Below, piece after piece: positions 55,317 to 64,000 of a DNA stretch of 64,000 nucleotides. Location of the stretch: positions 224,001 through 288,000 of the forward strand of contig JBGANV010000006.1 of assembly GCA_044222185.1 (NCBI GenBank), written 5' to 3'. Source of the stretch: Planctomycetota bacterium (GTDB lineage Bacteria; Planctomycetota; GCA-002687715; CAIWVZ01). The notes under the pieces are model-generated. The model did not search any database, was not told the DNA's origin, and was given only the letters and a program-made list of their open reading frames with translations. Both the position numbers and the translations under genes were made by a program. Numbering within the stretch: the stretch's first letter is position 1; each line of letters begins with the position of its first letter.

Positions 55317-56495
55317 ATGGAACATCGATTTCGATACGGCGTCATCGGCGCTGGCATGCAGGGATGCGCAGCAGGGTACGACCTCCTCGTGAACGGGGAG
55401 GGCGTCGAGGTGTCGTTCTTCGATCGGGATCGTGCGGTTGCTGAAGCGGCGGCGCGACGCGTCAATACACTCATCGGTCAGGAACGCGCTCGCGGTTTAG
55501 CCGTCGATGGGCAGGATGAGGCGGGGCTGGCTCGCGCGTTCGCGGGGTTGAGCGGCGTGCTCTCCGCGGTGCCCTACCACCTGAATCCGACCGTGGCTCG
55601 TGCGTCCATCGCGGCTGGAGCCTGCTTCAACGATCTGGGAGGGAACACCGCCATCGTCCGCGAGGAGCTTGCTCTCGACGCGGCGGCGCGCGCGAAGGGA
55701 GTGAGCGTCGTTCCGGACTGCGGACTCGCTCCGGGGCTCGGGAACACGCTGGCGGCGTGGCTCATCGAGACGATGGACGACCCCGTTCACGTTCACATTC
55801 GCTGTGGCGGACTGCCGCAGTCGCCCCGACCGCCACTGGGTTACAAGCTCGTCTTCAACATCGGCGGTCTGACGAACGAGTACATGGGCGAGGCCGAGTT
55901 CCTCCGTGACGGGCGACTCGTCCGCGTACCGACGCTGTCGGAAGGGGAGGTCATCTCGTTCCCGGCTCCCGTCGGTCAGGCGGAAGCCTGGGTCACCTCC
56001 GGCGGTACCTCGACCGCACCCGCCACGTTCGCGGGCCGCCTGCAAACGTACGACTACAAGACGGTGCGGTACCCGGGGCATTTCGACCGCATCAAGACCA
56101 TGGCGGATCTGGGCCTCCTGGATACGGCGCCCGTGGTGGTACGGGGGCAGCCCGTCGTTCCGCGGGAACTCTTCCACGCGGTGGCCGGATCGAAACTGTC
56201 CTTTCCCGACGATCGCGACCTGGTCGTCATGCGCGTCACGTGCATCGGCCGGCACGCAGGTCGTGCCGTCCGTCGCACCGTCGACCTTCTCGACTTCCAC
56301 GACGAGCGAACGGGATTCACGGCGATGGAGCGGACGACGGCATTTCCGGCCGCCGCAGTCCTGCACTTCCAGGTCTCGAAGCGCGTCCGGCCGGGTGCGA
56401 CGACCCCCGAGCGCGACCTGCCGTTCGACGAGTACGTGGACGCCGTCCGTGCACGGGGGCTGTCCCTGGAGGAGACGGTCGTCGAGGGAGCTTGA
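55317..56495 (+). CDS. Saccharopine dehydrogenase / lysine 6-dehydrogenase family oxidoreductase
   Basis: 'GAGMQG', 'DLGGN', 'PDCGLAPG', 'GGLPQ.P.PPL.YKL.F...GL.NEY', 'YKT.RYPGH', 'TAMERTT'. Confidence 0.9.
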   Translation: MEHRFRYGVIGAGMQGCAAGYDLLVNGEGVEVSFFDRDRAVAEAAARRVNTLIGQERARGLAVDGQDEAGLARAFAGLSGVLSAVPYHLNPTVARASIAAGACFNDLGGNTAIVREELALDAAARAKGVSVVPDCGLAPGLGNTLAAWLIETMDDPVHVHIRCGGLPQSPRPPLGYKLVFNIGGLTNEYMGEAEFLRDGRLVRVPTLSEGEVISFPAPVGQAEAWVTSGGTSTAPATFAGRLQTYDYKTVRYPGHFDRIKTMADLGLLDTAPVVVRGQPVVPRELFHAVAGSKLSFPDDRDLVVMRVTCIGRHAGRAVRRTVDLLDFHDERTGFTAMERTTAFPAAAVLHFQVSKRVRPGATTPERDLPFDEYVDAVRARGLSLEETVVEGA

Positions 56496-56501
56496 CCGCC
56501 G

Positions 56502-57908
56502 TCAGGGCGTCGCGAGGGCGGCTGCGATCGCGCGCGTGAACGACGCCAACGACGGATCCCGCGCCCCCATGACGAGCACGCAATCGCCCGGACGTGCGTC
56601 CCGGCGCAGGATCGGCAGCCAGTCCTCGCGCCGCGCGAGGTAGCTGGCGTTGGCGCCGAGGCGAGTGACGTCGTCACACAGGTCCCGCGAAGAGATGTCC
56701 TTCGTCGCCGTGCCGCCGGCGTAGAAGATCTCCCCGAGGAACACGTGGTCCGCCGCGCGCAGCCCCGTGGCGAACGCCTGCACGAGGTCGCGTCGCATGA
56801 AACGCGTGGGCCCGAAGCCGTGCGGCTGGAAGAACGCCAGCACGCGCTCGGACCGCAGCTGCGCCGTGGCGATGGCCGCTGCGACCTTCGCCGGGTTGTG
56901 CGCGAAATCATCGATCACGTCGATTCCACGCGGCCGGCCCACGACTTCGAATCGTCGCGCCACGCCGCGGAAGGTTGCAAGCGTCGACGCACAGGCGGGC
57001 AGGTCGGCGCCGACGGCATGGCAGGCGGCCAGCGCGGCCAGCGCGTTGAGGACGTTGTGTCGGCCCGGGATCGGCAACCTCACGTCCAGCCCCCGAACGA
57101 CGAACCGGCATTCGTCCTGGCGCAGATCCAGCCGCGTCGCCTGCCACTCGCAGCGTTCGCCGAAGCCGAACGTCACGGCGTCGGGACGTAGCTCATCCAG
57201 GTTCTGGTCCTCGCCGAGGACGCACGCTTCGCTGATCTGGCGCCGGAATCGGTGGAACACGGGCGCGATCGCCTCGGGTTCGTCGTGATCCCGCTGGAGG
57301 TTCAGGATCACCCCCACGGCCGGCCAGTAGTGGATCAGGCTCTTGTCGCTCTCATCCGCTTCGATCACGAGCGGCCCGCGTCCGGGCCAGCAGTTCCCGC
57401 GGTGGCCGCCGTCCTGGAGCGCCCGAAGCTCGCCGCCGGTGATCACGGCCGGATCCAGGCCGGCGCCCCGCAGCGCCTCGAAGATCATGGCGGTGACCGT
57501 GGACTTCCCGCTCGTGCCCGTCACGGCGATGGTCCGTCGCGCGCGCACGTGACCGGCGAGGAGTTCGGAACGGTGCGCGATCGGGACTCCTCGATCGATG
57601 GCGCGCGCGACGTCGGCGATCGTGGGCTCGACCGCGGTGGACACGACCACCAGATCGGCGCCATCGACGCCCGAGCCATCCTGCGGGTGGATCCGGACCC
57701 CGAGGGACTCACACCGCAGCTGCTCGTCGCTGCCCGAGGATCGATCGAAGCTGCGGTCGCTGCCGGACGTGGCGCCCCCGGTCATGGCGCGGAGATGCGC
57801 GAGCGCGCTCATGCCGGCGCCGCCGACCCCGACGAAGTGAACCCGAAGAGTCGGCTCGCGAAGCACGCGATCGACGAGGAGGGTGCTGGCCTGGATCGGG
57901 TCCGACAT
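56502..57908 (-). CDS. murC: UDP-N-acetylmuramate--L-alanine ligase (MurC/Mpl-like)
   Basis: 'HFVGVGGAGMSALA', 'SGSD', 'VTGTSGKSTVT', 'IEADESD', 'PGRHNVLNA', 'FRGVARRF', 'DDFAHNP', 'FQPH'. Confidence 0.85.
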   Translation of the reverse strand: MSDPIQASTLLVDRVLREPTLRVHFVGVGGAGMSALAHLRAMTGGATSGSDRSFDRSSGSDEQLRCESLGVRIHPQDGSGVDGADLVVVSTAVEPTIADVARAIDRGVPIAHRSELLAGHVRARRTIAVTGTSGKSTVTAMIFEALRGAGLDPAVITGGELRALQDGGHRGNCWPGRGPLVIEADESDKSLIHYWPAVGVILNLQRDHDEPEAIAPVFHRFRRQISEACVLGEDQNLDELRPDAVTFGFGERCEWQATRLDLRQDECRFVVRGLDVRLPIPGRHNVLNALAALAACHAVGADLPACASTLATFRGVARRFEVVGRPRGIDVIDDFAHNPAKVAAAIATAQLRSERVLAFFQPHGFGPTRFMRRDLVQAFATGLRAADHVFLGEIFYAGGTATKDISSRDLCDDVTRLGANASYLARREDWLPILRRDARPGDCVLVMGARDPSLASFTRAIAAALATP

Positions 57909-58085
57909 GGGCCGTCCATTGTTGCGGATGTACGTTCCGACCCCAACGATGGGTGGCTGTTGTATCCGCGTGACTGAGACCGAGGGTGATTCGACGGAGC
58001 GAGGCTCTGCGGCAATCGCACCCTTGATCGCGTGACGGCGGCGAGCGACGATGCGCCCCCACGTTTTCGTGAGATCACCCATTTC

Positions 58086-58877
58086 GTGACGTCTTCGCTG
58101 CGCATTCTGGTCCCCCTTCCCGAGTGCAAGGCGCCCGGCGGTCGTGACGGCTGCACGCTGCAAACGCGCCGCGGTGCACTGCGCAGCCGACATGCCCGGG
58201 TTGCCGTGCATCGATCCAAGGCCGTTTCTGCGTTTCGGGCCGCGATGAACGGGCCCCAGGCACTGAAGGTCCTCTGTTTGTCGGGCGCCCCGTTCCAGGC
58301 CGCGCTCCGCATCAATCGGGACTTCGACCGCTGCAACCTCGCGACGGCGCTCGAACGGAACTCCGCGTCGTTCTGCGACGTTCTCGCCGTCGACACCTTG
58401 GCGGCGGAGGCGCGGCGGCGCCTCGAGCGCCAGCTCCTGTTCATCTGTCCGCTCCTCGGGCTCGTCGGTCCGTCCGACCTCGTTCCCGATTACCGCTGCC
58501 CGATCGGGGCGCGCCTCCCGGGCGTGGGGTCGCTGCACAAGTTCTGGAAACAGCCGATGACGGAGACGCTCAATCGGCTGTGTCGCGACCGCATCGTGGT
58601 CTCGTTCCTCCCGGCCCGCCTGCGCGCGCTGTGGGAGCCCGATGGCCGGTGCCTCCAGATCGTCACCATGCGCTTCTACCGCCACGACTCCGAGAACGTC
58701 GTCGGCGAGACCGCGGCCGTGCCGCGGCTGACGGCGGAGGCGGTGAAGTTCATCACCGAGCAGGACGCGCGGACCATCGCCGACCTGACACGCTTCCATT
58801 CGTCGGATGGCCACTCCTACTGCGCCGCGCACAGCGAGACGTCGGACGAGGTCCGGCATCTGAGCTTCGTACGATGA
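58086..58877 (+). CDS. Divergent YaaA/DUF328-like protein
   Basis: 'ILVPLPECKAPGG', 'LLFICPLLGLVGPSDLVPDYRCPIG..LPGVGSLHKFWK' align with YaaA family blocks; start uncertain (58032 or 58086). Confidence 0.65.
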   Translation: MTSSLRILVPLPECKAPGGRDGCTLQTRRGALRSRHARVAVHRSKAVSAFRAAMNGPQALKVLCLSGAPFQAALRINRDFDRCNLATALERNSASFCDVLAVDTLAAEARRRLERQLLFICPLLGLVGPSDLVPDYRCPIGARLPGVGSLHKFWKQPMTETLNRLCRDRIVVSFLPARLRALWEPDGRCLQIVTMRFYRHDSENVVGETAAVPRLTAEAVKFITEQDARTIADLTRFHSSDGHSYCAAHSETSDEVRHLSFVR

Positions 58878-58881
58878 CCTG

Positions 58882-59526
58882 ATGGCTGTCGACGTCCTCT
58901 TCGAAGACGACGCGCTCGTCGTGATCAGCAAGCCGTCCGGCATGCTGTCGGTCCCCTCGCCGGGCGCTACGGGAACCACCGTGACGCAAGCCCTCGCGTC
59001 ATTGGGAATCCGCGCCCGGCCGGTCCATCGCCTCGATCGCGACGTCTCCGGTGCCATGCTGCTCGCCAAGACCGATGCCGTCGGTGCCCGTCTGGAGGAG
59101 GCGTTTCGCGCGCGCGCCGTGACCAAGACTTACTGGGCCCTCGTGCAGGGGCGGTTGCGCCCCCCCGGCGGGACGTTCAATTACCCGATCCTGGACGAGG
59201 GATCCCACGCGCGCGTGTCACCGCGCGGGAAACCGGCGACGACACGCTTCCGCGTCGTTCACACCTATCGCACGACGACGGAGGTCGAGATCGACCTGCT
59301 CACGGGCCGCTACAACCAGATCCGTCTTCATTTCGCTCACGCCGGGTTCCCGTTGGTAGGCGAGCGAAAGTATGCGTTCGGGCGCGGCGCACCGCTGAAG
59401 TTCAAGCGGGTGGCGCTCCACTCGATCGGCCTCGAATTCACGCATCCGCTGACGGGCGCGAAGATGTCGTTTGCGGCACCTCTCCCGGCGGATCTGGCCG
59501 AGCTGCGCGAGCGCGCAGCACTCTGA
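58882..59526 (+). CDS. RluA family pseudouridine synthase
   Basis: 'KPSGMLS', 'VHRLDRDVSG', 'KTYWAL', 'TGRYNQIRLHFA..G.PLVGE.KY', 'ALHS'. Confidence 0.92.
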   Translation: MAVDVLFEDDALVVISKPSGMLSVPSPGATGTTVTQALASLGIRARPVHRLDRDVSGAMLLAKTDAVGARLEEAFRARAVTKTYWALVQGRLRPPGGTFNYPILDEGSHARVSPRGKPATTRFRVVHTYRTTTEVEIDLLTGRYNQIRLHFAHAGFPLVGERKYAFGRGAPLKFKRVALHSIGLEFTHPLTGAKMSFAAPLPADLAELRERAAL

Positions 59527-59540
59527 AGGATCTGGCCGGG

Positions 59541-61718
59541 CTACCGGGCCCCGCGACGGAACTGGCGATATCCGACGGTGCGCGGCGCGGGTGATTCGCT
59601 CCTGGCCGGCTTCTTCCCCACGCTCGACGCAGGCTTGGACATCTCGTCTTCCGCAGGCAGCGTCTGCTCGCGGTCGCGGTATCCCGTGAACGCATCCCAG
59701 TCCGCGGTGCGGCCCGCCGGCCCCGCCGCAGGCGCGCGTCCGAGGGACTCGCCACGTTGCGCGCGGTCCTGTGGACGCTGACCCTTCTCGTGCGTGAACT
59801 TTCCGAAGTCGGAGTTGGCCCGCGCCCGGCGGGCCTGTACGGCCTCGGCCGGTGCAGTGGCCGGAATGAGCGCGTCGCACCCGTTCCCGATCAAGTCGGG
59901 GCGCCCCGCGAGCTCCAGCGCCTGGCGAACCTCGAAGTAATTCTCCGGCTTGAAGAACTGCATGAGCGCGCGCTGCATGCGGCGATCGCGCAAGTTGCGC
60001 GCGACTGCCACGGGCTCGAGCGTGTGCGGATCGAGGCCCGTGTAGTACATGGCCGTCGCCAGGTCCATGGGAGATGGGATGAAGTCCTGGACCTGGCGTG
60101 GCCGGTAGCCGTTGCGTTTGAGGAATACGGCCAGCTCGATCATCGCGGCGAGGTCCGAGCCCGGGTGGCTCGCGATGAAATAGGGGACGAGATACTGCTC
60201 GCGGCCCGCGCGGGCGCTCGCCGCCTCGAAGGCCTCGGAGAACGCTTCGAAGTCCGACTGCGCCGGCTTCTTCATCCGCTTCAGCACTTCCGCGGAGACG
60301 TGCTCCGGCGCGACCTTCAGATGTCCGCCGACGTGGTGGCGGACGAGCTCGTCGAGGTACTCGGGAGAGCGTCGCGCGAGGTCCATCCGGACTCCGCTGG
60401 CGATGTTCACCTTCTTCACGCCGGCTGCATTGCGGGCGCGGCGCATGAGGTCGATCAGTGGCCCGTGATCCGTGCCGAGCAGCTTGCAGACCGTCGGGTA
60501 GACGCAGGACAGGCGCCGGCATTTCGCCTCGACCTCCGGCCTGGTGCAGCGGAGCTTGTACATGTTCGCCGTCGGGCCGCCGAGGTCCGAGACGACGCCG
60601 GTGTATCCGGGTTCGCCGTCCAGGGACTCGATCTCCCGAATGATCGAATCCTCCGAGCGCCACTGGATCGTCCGTCCCTGATGGGTCGTGATCGAGCAGA
60701 AGGTGCAGCCAGCGAAACACCCTCGCATGATCGTCACGCTGCTGCGCATCATCTCCTCGGCGGGGATCGGCTTCGGATAGCCGGGATGAGCGCGGCGCAC
60801 GTAGGGCAGGTCGTAGATCCGGTCCATCTCCGGTACCGAGAGTGGAAGCACCGGAGGGTTCTGCACGACCCGACGGTCACCGTGCCTCTGCACGATGCGG
60901 CGGGCGTTGAACGGGTTCGATTCGACGTGCATCGCCATCGTCGCCTTCGCGAACGTGGTCTTGTCCGCCTTCATCTCCTCGAAAGACGGGATCTCCCGCG
61001 TGTCGTCGGGCGGCGTCCCGGAGGCACGCATGCCGCGGGTGAACGGCGGAACGGTCTCGGATCTGCCGAGCAGGTAGGCGACGCCGCGCATGTCCCGGAG
61101 GTCCTTCGCCGTTTCGCCGGACGCGAGTCGCAGCGCGATCTCGACGATCGGCTTCTCACCCATGCCGAAGACGAGGAGGTCGGCCTTGCTGGACACCAGG
61201 ATCGACGGACGGACCGTGTCGCTCCAGTAGTCGTAGTGAGCGAATCGGCGGAGCGAGGCCTCGACGCCGCCGACGACGACGGGGACGTCGGGGAAGGCCT
61301 CGCCGCATCGCTGCGCGTACACCGCGGTGGCACGGTCTGGGCGTTTCCCTGCCTCACCGCCTGGCGAGTACGCGTCGTCCGAACGCGGGCGCCGATTGGC
61401 GGTGTAGTGGTTGATCATCGAGTCCATGTTCCCGGCGGAAACTCCGAAGAAGAGCCGTGGACGTCCGAACGCGCGGAATGCGTCGGCACTCCTCCAGTCG
61501 GGCTGGGAGAGGATTGCGACGCGGAATCCGTGCGACTCGAGGACCCGCCCCAGGATCGCCATGGCGAACGATGGGTGGTCGATGTACGCGTCCCCGGTGA
61601 CGATCAGCACGTCGATTGCATCCCATCCGCGAGCCTCGACTTCGCGAGGAGTCATGGGAAGGAACCGAGCGAGCGGATCAGACTCGACGGACGGTGAGTT
61701 GCGCTTTCGTGAGGACAC
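59541..61718 (-). CDS. ygiQ: YgiQ family radical SAM protein
   Basis: 'GDAYIDHPSF', 'AGNMDSMINHYT', 'GGVEASLRR.AHYDYW', 'RGCFAGCTFCSI', 'LKVAPEH', 'PYFIASHPG', 'QVQDFIP'; start uncertain. Confidence 0.93.
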   Translation of the reverse strand: MSSRKRNSPSVESDPLARFLPMTPREVEARGWDAIDVLIVTGDAYIDHPSFAMAILGRVLESHGFRVAILSQPDWRSADAFRAFGRPRLFFGVSAGNMDSMINHYTANRRPRSDDAYSPGGEAGKRPDRATAVYAQRCGEAFPDVPVVVGGVEASLRRFAHYDYWSDTVRPSILVSSKADLLVFGMGEKPIVEIALRLASGETAKDLRDMRGVAYLLGRSETVPPFTRGMRASGTPPDDTREIPSFEEMKADKTTFAKATMAMHVESNPFNARRIVQRHGDRRVVQNPPVLPLSVPEMDRIYDLPYVRRAHPGYPKPIPAEEMMRSSVTIMRGCFAGCTFCSITTHQGRTIQWRSEDSIIREIESLDGEPGYTGVVSDLGGPTANMYKLRCTRPEVEAKCRRLSCVYPTVCKLLGTDHGPLIDLMRRARNAAGVKKVNIASGVRMDLARRSPEYLDELVRHHVGGHLKVAPEHVSAEVLKRMKKPAQSDFEAFSEAFEAASARAGREQYLVPYFIASHPGSDLAAMIELAVFLKRNGYRPRQVQDFIPSPMDLATAMYYTGLDPHTLEPVAVARNLRDRRMQRALMQFFKPENYFEVRQALELAGRPDLIGNGCDALIPATAPAEAVQARRARANSDFGKFTHEKGQRPQDRAQRGESLGRAPAAGPAGRTADWDAFTGYRDREQTLPAEDEMSKPASSVGKKPARSESPAPRTVGYRQFRRGAR

Positions 61719-61770
61719 GAGGCCGCGATCGTAACAGGCGACGGTGGGCCGTGCGGCACGACGAACAGGG

Positions 61771-61819
61771 TTGACGCCACCCGGACTCGATGCATCATTC
61801 AATCAAACGTTTGTTTGAA
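61771..61819 (+). promoter_or_regulatory. TetR promoter with palindromic operator
   Basis: TTGACG at 61771-61776; AT-rich near-perfect palindrome TTCAATCAAACGTTTGTTTGAA (61798-61819) immediately before the ATG. Confidence 0.75.
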
Positions 61820-62533
61820 ATGAAGACCCAGAGCGACATGGCGAAGGCGCGGCGGCGGGCGCCGGGGCCCAGGAAGAACAGGATCGCGCCCGGCCCGGCC
61901 GGCGGCGAGGAGACGCGCATGCGGCTGCTCAGCTCCGGCGGGGAGCTGTTCGCGGCCCGCGGATTCGACGGCGTGTCCGTTCGCGAGATCTGCTCGCGAG
62001 CGAAAGCCAACGTCGCGGCGGTCGCCTACCACTTCGGAAACAAGGAGGGACTGTACGCCGAGGCACTCCGCCACGGAGCCGGACTGGTCCTGTCCCGAAT
62101 CCGATCGGGGACGCGATCGGTGGAGCCTGATCCGGTGCGCCGCCTGGAGCGTCACGTGACCGTCCTCGCGAACGCGCTGCTCTCGCCGGACAACCCGGCC
62201 TGGACGACGCGCCTCATGATGCGCGAGCTCGCGAGCCCGACGATGGCGCTCGGACGGATCGTCGACGAGGTCGCCCGCCCGAACTTCGACGCCGTTCGAC
62301 ATTGCATCGCCCAACTGCTCCACCGCTCGCCGGAGTCGAGGACGGTGGCCCTGCACACGTTCAGCGTCATCGGGCAGTGCCTGCACTACCGGCACACGGC
62401 TCCGGTGACCTTGGCGCTGCTCGGGTGGAAGTCCTACCCGACGGGCTTCGCCGACCAGGTCGCGGCCCACGTCGTGTCCGTCACGCTACGTGCCCTCGGA
62501 TACGCGCCGTCCGGCGGTGAGGAGGCCTCGTGA
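61820..62533 (+). CDS. TetR family regulator, CecR/DUF1956-like
   Basis: 'TRMRLL..GGELFA.RGFDGVSVREIC..AKANVAAVAYHFGNKEGLY'; 'LMMRELASPT', 'FSVIGQC'. Confidence 0.9.
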   Translation: MKTQSDMAKARRRAPGPRKNRIAPGPAGGEETRMRLLSSGGELFAARGFDGVSVREICSRAKANVAAVAYHFGNKEGLYAEALRHGAGLVLSRIRSGTRSVEPDPVRRLERHVTVLANALLSPDNPAWTTRLMMRELASPTMALGRIVDEVARPNFDAVRHCIAQLLHRSPESRTVALHTFSVIGQCLHYRHTAPVTLALLGWKSYPTGFADQVAAHVVSVTLRALGYAPSGGEEAS

Positions 62534-63654
62534 TCGGTATCGCCCTGAAGATGCTCGCGCGCGATCGGACGAAGTTCTTCTCGATCGTGATCGGTCTGTC
62601 CTTCTCCGTCATGCTGATCGTCGAGCAGGGCTCGATCTTCACGGGCATCCTCCGTCGGACGGGTGCCGTGATGATCGACACCTCGGGTATCGACCTGTGG
62701 GTCTACGATCGCCGCGTGCGGAACCACGACGACCTGCGGGCTCTGAAGGACACCGAGCTCTACCGCGTCCGATCGGTGCCCGGCGTCGAGTGGGCCGTGC
62801 GCTACTTCAAGGGCCAGGCCCGCGCCAAGCGATTGAACGGTGATTACGAGAACGTCATGGTCCTCGGGCTGGACGACGCCACGCTCGTCGGCGCGCCGGT
62901 GACGATGATCGAGGGACGGATCTCGGACCTCTCACGGCGCGACTCGGTGATCCTGGACGTTGCCGGCGCGAAGAAGATGGGTGGCGTCACCGTCGGCGAG
63001 GAACTCCAGTTCAACGATCACCGCGCGGTCGTCGTGGGACTGTGCGAGGTCACGCGGAACTTCCAGTCGCTTCCCGTCGTCTACACGCGCTACACGCAGG
63101 CGGTCGGTTTCGTGCCGTCCGAGCGGAGCACCCTGTCTGCGATCCTCGCGAAGGTGACGGCCGGGTCGGATCTTCCCACGATCCAACGGGCCATCACGCA
63201 GGAGACGGATCTCGCCGCCGACACGCCCAAGGAGTTCCGCTGGAAGACCGTGCTGTACGTCCTGAAGAACACGGGAATCGCCATCAACTTCGGGGTGACC
63301 GTGCTGCTCGGCCTGGTGGTCGGCGCGGCGATTTCGGGGCAGACCTTCTACACGTTCGCCGTCGACAACCTGAAGCAGTTCGGTGCGCTGAAAGCCATGG
63401 GTGCCTCCGACATCACCCTCGCCGGAATGATCTTCGTCCAGGCGTTCACCGTCGCCGGGCTCGGATACGGGATCGGGGTAGGCATCGCGTCGTTCTTCAC
63501 CCGCCTGGCTGGTCCGAACGGTCAACTGCCGAGCTTCATGACGCCGCACCTGCTGGGGATCGCCGCCGTGGCGGTCTTCGTCCTCTGCCTGGTCGCCGGC
63601 CTCATCGCGTTGCGCAAGGTGAGACAGGTCGAACCGGCGATCGTCTTCCGGTGA
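62530..63654 (+). CDS. ABC exporter permease (FtsX/MacB, DevC-like)
   Basis: GTGA overlap with tetR; 'IALKML..DR.KF', 'QTFYTF..DNLKQFGALKAMG', 'LRKVRQVEPAIVFR'. Confidence 0.88.
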   Translation: MIGIALKMLARDRTKFFSIVIGLSFSVMLIVEQGSIFTGILRRTGAVMIDTSGIDLWVYDRRVRNHDDLRALKDTELYRVRSVPGVEWAVRYFKGQARAKRLNGDYENVMVLGLDDATLVGAPVTMIEGRISDLSRRDSVILDVAGAKKMGGVTVGEELQFNDHRAVVVGLCEVTRNFQSLPVVYTRYTQAVGFVPSERSTLSAILAKVTAGSDLPTIQRAITQETDLAADTPKEFRWKTVLYVLKNTGIAINFGVTVLLGLVVGAAISGQTFYTFAVDNLKQFGALKAMGASDITLAGMIFVQAFTVAGLGYGIGVGIASFFTRLAGPNGQLPSFMTPHLLGIAAVAVFVLCLVAGLIALRKVRQVEPAIVFR

Positions 63655-63659
63655 TCCCC

Positions 63660-64000
63660 ATGGCTTCCTCGGACGTGATGACCTCGGTCGTTCGACTGCG
63701 CGGCGTCTCGAAGACGTTCGGCGAGGGCGGAGCGTCCGTGCGGGCACTCCGCGGCGTCGACCTGGAGATCCCGGGAGGCAACCTCTTCATGGTCGTCGGG
63801 CCGTCCGGCTGCGGGAAGACGACTCTCGTTTCGGTGATCGCTGGCACTCTGGATGCGGACGAAGGCGAGGTCGAGGTCCTGGGCGAGCGCCTGGATGGCA
63901 TGTCGCGCGGGGAGAAGACGCGGTTTCGGCGGAGGAACGTGGGGTTCATCTTCCAGCAGTACAACCTCCTGCCGGGGCTGACGGCCGCGGAAAATGCAGC
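63660..64000 (+). CDS. ABC transporter ATP-binding protein (MacB/LolD-like), truncated by the window edge
   Basis: Translated by eye: 'VRLRGVSKTFGEG...ALRGVDLEI...GPSGCGKTTL...RRNVGFIFQQYNLLP'. Confidence 0.9.
   Translation, partial: MASSDVMTSVVRLRGVSKTFGEGGASVRALRGVDLEIPGGNLFMVVGPSGCGKTTLVSVIAGTLDADEGEVEVLGERLDGMSRGEKTRFRRRNVGFIFQQYNLLPGLTAAENA

Noticed and set aside
56502-59126. 874 aa MurC fusion suggested by the ORF track
   Set aside because: The extra ~400 N-terminal residues are the antisense shadow of the yaaA-like and rluA genes; MurC homology begins at ATG 57908.
49953-61697. Long antisense ORFs (49953..51758, 51780..53441, 59757..61697) as overlapping genes
   Set aside because: These are typical stop-poor reverse frames of high-GC3 genes with no recognisable motifs.

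Overview
High-GC bacterial chromosomal window with about 46 CDS and no rRNA, tRNA, CRISPR array, integrase or transposase. The gene content (DUF1570 metallopeptidase, several DUF1080 proteins, an ECF sigma factor fused to a TM helix and carboxypeptidase-regulatory-like repeats) points to Planctomycetota; this is an inference. Housekeeping or ordinary genes include ispH, a stand-alone murC, ygiQ, an RluA synthase, a saccharopine/lysine dehydrogenase, a TetR-ABC export operon, a DASS and an MFS transporter. Carbohydrate genes include a GH38 mannosidase, a YtfR/YtfT/YjfF-type ABC importer with no binding protein, and a scattered Gfo/Idh/MocA + AP_endonuc_2 + DUF1080 set resembling the 3-keto (non-hydrolytic) glycoside breakdown pathway. 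A three-copy REP/BIME-like repeat lies at about 1.3-1.8 kb. The most striking signal is a set of secreted proteins. All 12 predicted SPI substrates have Gln right after the cleavage site, and up to 9 proteins share a ~110-135 aa beta-rich domain, either C-terminal or internal. This may be a lineage-specific surface sorting or assembly domain analogous to the T9SS CTD. All family calls come from motif recognition by eye; no searches were run.
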